Assembly: GCA_018240025.1 (NCBI GenBank)
Contig: JAFEGM010000034.1
Location: 31,639-63,638, forward strand
Source of the DNA: Verrucomicrobiota bacterium
GTDB lineage: Bacteria > Verrucomicrobiota > Verrucomicrobiia > Chthoniobacterales > SZAS-18
DNA length: 32,000 nucleotides
Direction of reading: 5' to 3'
The translations under genes and the position numbers were made by a program. This document shows positions 1 to 6,832 of the stretch, piece by piece. The notes beneath the pieces were generated by a model. It did not search any database, was not told where the DNA came from, and was given only the letters and a program-made list of their open reading frames with translations. Every line of letters begins with the position of its first letter. The first letter of the stretch is position 1.

Positions 1-271
1 CCGGGAGATCCGCGACGCGCGCGGGATGCCGGTGCACGACGACGATTTCATCCTCGCGCTCAACGCGACCGACGAGGAGCTCCCAGTGGAGCTGCCCGCC
101 GAGTGGAACGACCGCGCTTGGCGTTGCCTGCTCGATACCGCAGCCATCGCGGAAGGCGCCGTCTTTCCCGCCTCCGGGGGCAAGCTCGCTCCGAAATCGT
201 TGGTCGTGCTTACTCGCCCCTGCGCGGTCGACGAAGCGGCTGCCGGCCAGCTCGAGGAAGAGTCGCCCTAG
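1..271 (+). CDS. C-terminal fragment of a GH13 debranching-type enzyme (GlgX/TreX-like). The 5' end lies outside the window.
   Basis: The frame is open from the window edge (phase of nt 2) to TAG at 269-271. The tail ...DDDFILALNATDEELPVELP...WRCLLDT... resembles the C-terminal domain of GlgX-type isoamylases. The neighbouring gene is treY. Confidence 0.5.
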   Translation, partial: REIRDARGMPVHDDDFILALNATDEELPVELPAEWNDRAWRCLLDTAAIAEGAVFPASGGKLAPKSLVVLTRPCAVDEAAAGQLEEESP

Positions 272-292
272 CTTCTTTCTGCCAGGTTTGCC

Positions 293-3046
293 TCAGCGAA
301 GCTCCAGCAGCACGGCGCAGGGCAGACTGGCCAGGAGTTGGCTCAAGCGCAGTTCCCCCTCGTGCTCGCGGCCGGTGAAAACGTCGCGCCAGATCGCGGG
401 CGGCACATTCAGGACGGTCTCGCCCCAGCATTCTCCCAAAGGTGGAAAGCCGAGCGAGGCGCTGCGGCGGGGGACGAGCACAAGCAAACTGCCGGTGGCA
501 CTGACGCGACGAAAGGCCATGGCGTGGTCGGCCTCTGGCCCCGTGATTTCAACCGGCTCGTAGCGGCCCCGTGCGAACAACTCCTCGTGCTCGCGGCGGC
601 AGGCCAGGAGGCGATGGAGCACGAACAGCTTGATGCGTCCGTCGGGCCAGCTGCGCCAAAGCGCCGCGGGTTCGTCGGAGGACTCGACCTCCGCGAGCAG
701 GCGGTCGCGCAAGGCGTAGTCGACCGGCCGGCGGTTGTCGGGATCGACCAGGCTGAGAGCCCAGAGTTCGCTGCCTTGGTAGAAATCCGGCACGCCCGGC
801 GAGGTCAGCTGCAGGACGAGCTGGGCGAGGCCGTGGACCGCTCCCTCTTCCGCCAGCCGACAGGCGAGCGGATGGAAGGAAGGCGGAGGTTCCGAACTGG
901 AGAGCCAGGCGGCGCTCTCGGCCACGTAATCGAGGACTGCGGCCTCCCAGCGCTCGTCGGGCTCCAGCCAACTCGTGTTCGTCTTGGCCTCGCGCATCGC
1001 CTTCAACAAGTAGGCTTGCACCCGCTCCACCAGCTCAGCCGAAGCCGTGCGTTCGCCGGAGGGCCAGAGGCCGAGCAGAGTCTGCAAGAGCAGCCAGATT
1101 TCGTTCTGATCCGGGGCCAGTTCGCTGCCGACTTCGCGCTGCGGCACCCGGCGCTGCGCCGACCATTCCCGCCAGAGCGCGGCCCATTCGCCGGGGAACT
1201 CCGGCAGGGCCGTCAGGCGGGCGCGCAGATCACCGCTGCGCTTGCTGTCGTGCGTGGAGATGGCCAGCAGCGAGTCTGGAAAATGGCGGGCGCGTGCTTC
1301 GTTCTGCCGATGGAACTCCGCCACGCTGAGGCCGACCGACGCTGGATTCCCGCCGACCTCGTTCAACGCCAAGAGGCGGTTGAAGACGTAGAAGGCGGTG
1401 TCCTCGATGCCCTTGGCGGTGATGGGGCCGGTGCTTTGCTGGAAGCGTTGCACGAAGGCGCGGCGCAGCTCCTCGTCGACCGGATGTGGGTGGTTGTCTG
1501 GCGGCAGGAGCAGGTCGCGGAGGAACGCGAAGACGGAGCGCTCGCCCGCGGGATTGCGGCGCCGCGCGGCCCGCAGCGCCTGTTCGATCACGGCCACATC
1601 CTCGGCAGCGGCGGGCACCGACGGATCGAGATAGGTGCGATAGACCGGAAAGCACGCGATGAGCTCGCGCGCAGCCGCGGTCAGCGAATTGACCGTGAAA
1701 TCTCGGTACCAGCGCTGCGATTCCGACAGCCGGTTCAACAGCGAGCCCAACCCGCTCAGTTCGCTGGCCAGCGAAGTCTGCATGATGAGCCGGCGGCATT
1801 CGTAGGCGACCTGCGCGAAGTCGTCCCGCTGCACCGCCGCAGCGTAGAGCCCCGCGATCTCGTGCAGTCCCGGCGAGTCGAGCAGGACCTGGGTCACCGC
1901 GTTGGCGAACTCGTAGCCGGTCGTGCCTTCGACCGGCCAGTCGTGACGGGGCGTCTCGCCCTCGCCGAGAATCTTCTCCACGTAGATGGCGAAATCCGGG
2001 CCGCAGGCGGAACGCAGCTGCGCAAGGTAGGCCGCGGGCGAGGCCAGTCCGTCGAGATGATCGATGCGGAGGCCCTGAATGCGGCCGCTGGCCACGAGAT
2101 CCAGCACCAGCCGGTGGGTGGCTTGGAACACCTCCGGCAGCTCCATCCGCAGCGCGGCCAGCGAGTTCACGTCGAAGAAGCGGCGGTAATTGATCTCTTC
2201 GGCCGCGACGCGCCACGAGCTGAGTCGATAGGCTTGTGCCGAAAGCAAGGCGTCGAGGCGATCGAAGCGTGTCGGGTCGGTCGGAGCATGCCAGGCGAGC
2301 AGCGCCTCGCGCAGCGCCGCGGCCGGGGCGTCCTGCGCGCAAAACTGTCGCAGGCGCGCGGCGATGACCTCCCGCTCGCGCAGCCGCTCGGCTACGCGCT
2401 CGGGTGCGGTTTCGTTGCGGCCGGGCAGGTGGCTCAGCGCGGTCATGATGCTCTCGAGCTCGATGGCCTCGCCCGGCAGATGCGCGCGCAGCTCACGCAG
2501 CAGCGGCAGGATCGTGGCCGGGTCGAGCGGCAGGGTGAGCTCTCCGTGACGGACCACGAAACGGCCGGTGTCGGTCTCGTAGTCGACGAGGAAGCCGTCG
2601 CTCTCCAGCACCCGGCCGTATTGCTCGCCGAGGACCGGCAGCAGCACCTTGTCGGCCAGCTCGCGTTTGAGCGGACGCCACTCGAGATCGAAGAAGCGGG
2701 CGTAGGGCGACGAGCGGCCGTTCTCCAGCACGTCGCGCCACCACGGATTGCGCGCGCCCTCGATCCCCATGTGGTTGGGCACGAAGTCGAGGATGAGGCC
2801 GAGCCCATGCCGCTGCAGTTCGTCGCTCAGCCGTCGGAAATCGTCCGGCGAGCCGAGCTCCGGATTGAATTCGTTGTGGTCGCAGATGTCGTAGCCGTGC
2901 TCACTGCCCGGCATCGCCCGGAAAATCGGGGAGGCATAAACGTGGCTCACGCCAAGCCGCGCCAGGTAAGGCACGAGCGCCTGAGCGTCGGCGAAGGTGA
3001 AGTGCCGGTGAAATTGCAGCCGGTACGTGGCGCGAAGAGAAGGCAT
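293..3046 (-). CDS. treY: Malto-oligosyltrehalose synthase (TreY)
   Basis: The N-terminus MPSLRATYRLQFHRHFTFADAQALVPYLARLGVSHVYASPIF...GYDICDHNEFNPELG...LILDFVPNHMG is the classic TreY GH13 signature. I chose the ATG at 3046. The tracked ORF extends to 3223, but that extension is Pro/Arg-rich and overlaps the upstream gene. Confidence 0.9.
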   Translation of the reverse strand: MPSLRATYRLQFHRHFTFADAQALVPYLARLGVSHVYASPIFRAMPGSEHGYDICDHNEFNPELGSPDDFRRLSDELQRHGLGLILDFVPNHMGIEGARNPWWRDVLENGRSSPYARFFDLEWRPLKRELADKVLLPVLGEQYGRVLESDGFLVDYETDTGRFVVRHGELTLPLDPATILPLLRELRAHLPGEAIELESIMTALSHLPGRNETAPERVAERLREREVIAARLRQFCAQDAPAAALREALLAWHAPTDPTRFDRLDALLSAQAYRLSSWRVAAEEINYRRFFDVNSLAALRMELPEVFQATHRLVLDLVASGRIQGLRIDHLDGLASPAAYLAQLRSACGPDFAIYVEKILGEGETPRHDWPVEGTTGYEFANAVTQVLLDSPGLHEIAGLYAAAVQRDDFAQVAYECRRLIMQTSLASELSGLGSLLNRLSESQRWYRDFTVNSLTAAARELIACFPVYRTYLDPSVPAAAEDVAVIEQALRAARRRNPAGERSVFAFLRDLLLPPDNHPHPVDEELRRAFVQRFQQSTGPITAKGIEDTAFYVFNRLLALNEVGGNPASVGLSVAEFHRQNEARARHFPDSLLAISTHDSKRSGDLRARLTALPEFPGEWAALWREWSAQRRVPQREVGSELAPDQNEIWLLLQTLLGLWPSGERTASAELVERVQAYLLKAMREAKTNTSWLEPDERWEAAVLDYVAESAAWLSSSEPPPSFHPLACRLAEEGAVHGLAQLVLQLTSPGVPDFYQGSELWALSLVDPDNRRPVDYALRDRLLAEVESSDEPAALWRSWPDGRIKLFVLHRLLACRREHEELFARGRYEPVEITGPEADHAMAFRRVSATGSLLVLVPRRSASLGFPPLGECWGETVLNVPPAIWRDVFTGREHEGELRLSQLLASLPCAVLLELR

Positions 3047-3219
3047 GGCGGTCCGAGGAAGCCGCCCCTGAGGCGAAGCGGGCGAAGCAGTTCGTGGCCG
3101 GAGAGCGATCCGGACGTGGCAGGCGCGATTCGCTACGGACCCGAGAGGGTGAACTTCGGCGGGCCACGGCCCCAGCTCCGGGCTTGGCCGAGCTCCCGTC
3201 GTGGCCGGATCGCCTTGGA

Positions 3220-3885
3220 TCAACTGGCCGTGCCGTCGTCGGCGCGAAAGCGCTGACGTAATGGAGGTAGGTACATGATCGCCAGCGAGAGATTCCCCAA
3301 GGTCCAGGAGGCCGCGCCGAAGAAGGCGAACCAGCCGGTCTGAGCCTGGGCGGGAACGGCCAGCGTAGTGATGACAGTCCAGCCAGTGAGGAGCGTGAGG
3401 AGTCCCCGGCCAAACGAATGGTAGCGGAGACAGAAAATGAGCGCGGCGAGATTGAGGGCCAGAAAATGCCAGAACGACTCGTAGCAGAACTGCCAGAGAA
3501 TCTGCGAGGCGGAGCGATCCAGTTCAGCGACGGTCGGGGGTCGGGAGACCTGCAGTTGATCGACAAAGACCGCGGCAATCAAATACGCGAACTGTAGCCA
3601 AAGTGAGAATTGCACGAAAATGTGCAAGCGATGGGCTTCGCGCTCGATGCGCTCCAGCCTGCGCTCGGCTTCAGGCACATCTTCGACAGCGACCGCAAGC
3701 TCAAGTGCCGGTTGGTCCGGGCCGCTGCCGACCGCGCGTGCGAGCTGCACGCGGAGGCCCGCTCCGCTCAGTCGCGCCGCGGCGGCGTGGGCGTGTTCGG
3801 CGGATGGATAGGTGCGGATGGTTCGTTGCGACGCGTCCATTCGACCCGGATAGGCAGACGGCACGCCTCCGGCAAGATTATTCAC
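3220..3885 (-). CDS. Membrane protein with a soluble N-terminal DUF2007-like (small beta-alpha-beta signalling fold) region and about 4 predicted TM helices
   Basis: The N-terminal part IRTYPSAEHAHAAAARLSGAGLRVQLA...LELAVAVEDVPEAERRLERIE is followed by four hydrophobic stretches (FVQFSLWLQFAYLIAAVFV, FWHFLALNLAALIFCL, LLTLLTGWTVITTLAV, WFAFFGAASWTLGNLSLAIMYL). Start is GTG at 3885, with an alternative ATG at 3840. Confidence 0.6.
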   Translation of the reverse strand: MNNLAGGVPSAYPGRMDASQRTIRTYPSAEHAHAAAARLSGAGLRVQLARAVGSGPDQPALELAVAVEDVPEAERRLERIEREAHRLHIFVQFSLWLQFAYLIAAVFVDQLQVSRPPTVAELDRSASQILWQFCYESFWHFLALNLAALIFCLRYHSFGRGLLTLLTGWTVITTLAVPAQAQTGWFAFFGAASWTLGNLSLAIMYLPPLRQRFRADDGTAS

Positions 3886-3945
3886 TTCACTAGGAGCAGT
3901 AGCCCGTCGGGCGCCTGCGCACGACTGCCGAAGTTCTCGGTGGCT

Positions 3946-4857
3946 TCAACGTTCGACCGAGATCTCCAAAACCTGCCCTGAACGCAGAGGCGGATTCGGC
4001 TCCGACCCGGCCCGCAGGATGACTTGTGCGACGGCCGGACCGTCCGCCGGCGGCGTGAAGTTCGCCACCACGCGCACCAGCGAGAGCGGTAGAGCAGGCT
4101 CGAGCCCCGGTGACAAGCGCGCCAGCGCGCGCGCGCCGCGCTGCAGCCGGACAGCATCGGCCTCGGAGAGGAAGGCGCGCAGCTGCAGCGGGGCAGGGGA
4201 GCCCAGCAGCAGCAGACCCTGTCCGGCGACTGCGGGCGTGGCGGATTCGCCGGGTTGGACAAAGACCTGCAGGATCGTGCCGGCGCGTGGCGCACGGAGG
4301 GAGAGCATTTCCAGCATCGACTGAGCCCGGCCGAGCTGCGCGCGACCCGCTTCGAGTTCGGCCCGAGCCTGCGCCACTGCGGCGTCGGCTGACTGCTGGG
4401 CGAAGCGGGCGCGCTGCACCTCGGCCTCGCTCGAGGATTGATCGCGCCGCAGCAGTTCGACCCGGCGCAGCTGCTCGGCGCGCTCGGCCAGCTGCACCTC
4501 GGCCGCGCGGACGCGGGCTTCGTGTGCCGCGAGCTGCGCGGTCTGGGTGGCGACGATCCCGCGGAGCTCGCGGTCATCGAGCTCGAGCAGCAGGTCTCCC
4601 GCGGCCACGGTCGCGCCGGCCTGCACGGCCACCGACTTCACCACGCCCGGGATCGGTGCAGCCAGACGGAGCGGCTCCTCGACCGGCTCGACCACGGCGC
4701 GATTCAGCTGCGGCAGCGCTGGACGGGCGGGGGCCGTCGGGGCCGCCTTGAAGGCCACGAGCGTGGCGAGTCCCGCCAGGCAGAGCGCGGCCCAGACGAA
4801 GAAGATTTGGCGCAGGAGAGGCTTCGACACAGAGCGCGGAGCCGCCGGGGTTTGCAC
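3946..4857 (-). CDS. HlyD-family membrane-fusion / periplasmic adaptor protein
   Basis: TM anchor LLRQIFFVWAALCLAGLATLVAF, lipoyl-like APIPGVVKSVAVQAGATVAAGDLLLELDDRELR, a long Ala/Gln/Arg coiled coil, then LRAPRAGTILQVFVQPGESA. Only the last ~304 codons of tracked ORF 3946..6048 are credible. Start is uncertain: GTG at 4857 or GTG at 4830. Confidence 0.75.
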   Translation of the reverse strand: MQTPAAPRSVSKPLLRQIFFVWAALCLAGLATLVAFKAAPTAPARPALPQLNRAVVEPVEEPLRLAAPIPGVVKSVAVQAGATVAAGDLLLELDDRELRGIVATQTAQLAAHEARVRAAEVQLAERAEQLRRVELLRRDQSSSEAEVQRARFAQQSADAAVAQARAELEAGRAQLGRAQSMLEMLSLRAPRAGTILQVFVQPGESATPAVAGQGLLLLGSPAPLQLRAFLSEADAVRLQRGARALARLSPGLEPALPLSLVRVVANFTPPADGPAVAQVILRAGSEPNPPLRSGQVLEISVER

Positions 4858-4911
4858 GTTGGTCCGCCCGCGCTCCCTTACTGCCTTCGTCCGTCTCTGC
4901 AACGATTCCCC

Positions 4912-5667
4912 ATGTCTCCCTTCGACCTCTCCGGAAAAATCGCCCTCGTCACCGGTGCCTCCCGCGGCATCGGTGCCGGCATCGCCCAGGCTCTCTCCGC
5001 CCATGGCGCCCACGTGCTCGTGAACTACTTCGACGACCCCGCCGGGGTGAATCGCGGCGAGGCCGAGACGGTGGTGCAGTCCTGCCGCAGCGCTGAGCTC
5101 TGCGCGGGCGACGTGAGCAAAACGGCCGACGTGAGCGCGATGTTCGCGCACATCCAGGAGAAGCATGGCGGGCTCGACGTGCTCATCGCCAATGCCGGCA
5201 TCCTGCGCGATCGCACGCTGGCCAAGATGACCGACGAGGAGTTCGAGAGCGTGATCGACGTCAACCTCGGCGGGGTCTTCCGCTGCTTCCGCGCCGCCAC
5301 GACTGGCGTGCGCGAGCACGGCCGCATCGTCGCGCTCTCCTCCGTGGCCGGCCAGATGGGCTTCTTCGGCCAGGCCAATTACGCCCCCAGCAAGGGCGGC
5401 GTCATTTCGCTGGTGAAGGTGGCCGCGCGCGAGCTCGCCCGGCGCAAGATCACGGTCAACGCCATCGCCCCGGGCTTCATCACCACCGCCATGACGGCGA
5501 CCATGCCGCCCGAGGTCATCGCCAAGACGGCCGCGCAGGTGCCGCTCGGCGCCTGGGGGGAGATCGCCGACATCGTCCACGCCACGCTCTTCCTCTGCTC
5601 GCCCGGCGCGCGTTACATCACGGGTCATGTGTTGAATGTGAATGGCGGATTCTACATGGGCAGTTGA
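4912..5667 (+). CDS. Short-chain dehydrogenase/reductase, FabG-like (3-oxoacyl-ACP reductase family)
   Basis: MSPFDLSGKIALVTGASRGIGAGIA (TGxxxGIG), NAGI, S...YAPSKGG (YxxxK), ITGHVLNVNGG tail. ATG at 4912, inside tracked ORF 4438..5667. Confidence 0.85.
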   Translation: MSPFDLSGKIALVTGASRGIGAGIAQALSAHGAHVLVNYFDDPAGVNRGEAETVVQSCRSAELCAGDVSKTADVSAMFAHIQEKHGGLDVLIANAGILRDRTLAKMTDEEFESVIDVNLGGVFRCFRAATTGVREHGRIVALSSVAGQMGFFGQANYAPSKGGVISLVKVAARELARRKITVNAIAPGFITTAMTATMPPEVIAKTAAQVPLGAWGEIADIVHATLFLCSPGARYITGHVLNVNGGFYMGS

Positions 5668-5676
5668 TGGTCCGCC

Positions 5677-6441
5677 GTGCTCGCCTCCCTGCTGCTCGCC
5701 ACCAACGCGCTGACCTTTGCGCTGCAGGAATCCTCGATTCCCGGCAAGGTCGTGCTCGTCGTGCTTTTGCTCGGTTCCGTCTTCTCGTGGGCGGTGATGG
5801 TGACGAAGATCCGGGAGCTGGCCACGGCGACGAAGCAGAATGAGGCCTTCCTCTCGCACTTCCGGGCCGACCGCGAGCCGCTGCGGCTCTACCGCGACGG
5901 CGCCAGCTTCGACGGCGCGCCGGCCTTCAACATCTACATGGCCGGCTGCGACGAGGTGGTCTTTCAACTGCTCGGTTCGGTCGAGATGGACGAGACCTTT
6001 GCCGCCCGCCTGGAAATGGCGCCCAAGATCACGCCCGTCCAGCACCACGCGGTCGAGGCCGCCATGGAACGTGCGGTGGGCGACGAGGCCCTGCGGCTAG
6101 AATCGCGCACCATCCTGCTGGCCACGGCGGTCAGCGGAGCGCCCTTCCTCGGGCTGCTGGGCACGGTCTGGGGCGTGATGGACACCTTCACCGGCGTGGC
6201 CATCGCGGGCGCGCCGAATCTGGCCGCCATGGCACCGGGCGTGAGCGGCGCGCTCATCACCACGGTGGTCTCGCTGATGGTCGCGATTCCGGCGATGTTC
6301 GGCTACAACTACATCACCACGGCCATCCGCTCGCAGGTCATCCGGATGGAGAATTTCGCGGCCGAGCTGTCGAGCGAGTTCGAACACAAGTACGTCAGCC
6401 ACGGCCCGCGGCTGGCCGAGCGGGTGGCGGCCTTCCGCTGA
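5677..6441 (+). CDS. MotA/TolQ/ExbB-family proton-channel protein (TolQ-like)
   Basis: Three TM helices. GLLGTVWGVMDTF and GALITTVVSLMVAIPAMFGYNY match the conserved TolQ/ExbB TM2/TM3 motifs, and the post-TM1 segment (QNEAFLSHFRAD...LRLYRDG) is TolQ-like. GTG start lies 9 nt after the SDR stop. Confidence 0.85.
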   Translation: MLASLLLATNALTFALQESSIPGKVVLVVLLLGSVFSWAVMVTKIRELATATKQNEAFLSHFRADREPLRLYRDGASFDGAPAFNIYMAGCDEVVFQLLGSVEMDETFAARLEMAPKITPVQHHAVEAAMERAVGDEALRLESRTILLATAVSGAPFLGLLGTVWGVMDTFTGVAIAGAPNLAAMAPGVSGALITTVVSLMVAIPAMFGYNYITTAIRSQVIRMENFAAELSSEFEHKYVSHGPRLAERVAAFR

Positions 6442-6470
6442 TCGTTCGACCTCGGACTGCCCTGCTCCTC

Positions 6471-6698
6471 ATGAATCCCATCCGGATCGACCCCCCGCCG
6501 CCCGAGCCGCCAAAGCGGCGCTGGAGCGCGCTGACCATCTACGGCGGACTGGCCGTCGCTTTCATCATCTTCTTCGTCTTTCCCTGGACCCTGCGGATCG
6601 TGGAGACGGCCGCCCGCCAGCTGCGGGTGCTGTGGTGGCTGGTGCTAATCGTCGTGCTGGTGCTTTGGCTCTCGGCCAGGTTCCGCCGGAAGCGTTGA
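6471..6698 (+). CDS. Small (75 aa) two-helix membrane protein, no recognisable family
   Basis: ATG start 29 nt after the TolQ-like stop. Pro-rich N-terminus, two hydrophobic helices (ALTIYGGLAVAFIIFFVFPW, VLWWLVLIVVLVLWLSA), basic tail. Third-position G/C is very high, as in neighbouring genes. Confidence 0.55.
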   Translation: MNPIRIDPPPPEPPKRRWSALTIYGGLAVAFIIFFVFPWTLRIVETAARQLRVLWWLVLIVVLVLWLSARFRRKR

Positions 6699-6832
6699 GC
6701 GTGGGCCGGCGGGGCGGGGATCCGCGCCCATGACTGTCGGCTGCCACCCTACAGCCGGCTGCCTACGCCCGGGCGGGCTTCACGGCCCCGGGTTCGCGCG
6801 AATCTTCCCGCGCGTCTTGGCGTATCGCCGGT

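Noticed and set aside
3047-3223. 59-codon N-terminal extension of TreY in the tracked ORF.
   Set aside because: The extension is Pro/Arg/Ala-rich and overlaps the stop of the upstream gene. The canonical TreY N-terminus (TYRLQF) begins right after the ATG at 3046.
338-3256. 972-aa ORF on the plus strand covering the whole treY locus.
   Set aside because: It lies antisense to an unmistakable TreY coding sequence. Its translation is Arg/Ala/Gly/Pro-rich with no motif, so it is a typical high-GC shadow ORF.
4858-6048. Upstream 400 codons of the 700-aa minus-strand ORF 3946..6048.
   Set aside because: Only the last ~304 codons look like a HlyD adaptor. The upstream part lies antisense to the FabG-like SDR and TolQ-like genes and is compositionally shadow-like.
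6699-6832. Small palindromes (cagccggctg at about 6762-6771, and GGATCC-centred GC repeats) between the 75-aa gene and the giant secreted protein gene, considered as a terminator or operator.
   Set aside because: Short GC palindromes are expected at this base composition. There is no U-tract and no second copy.
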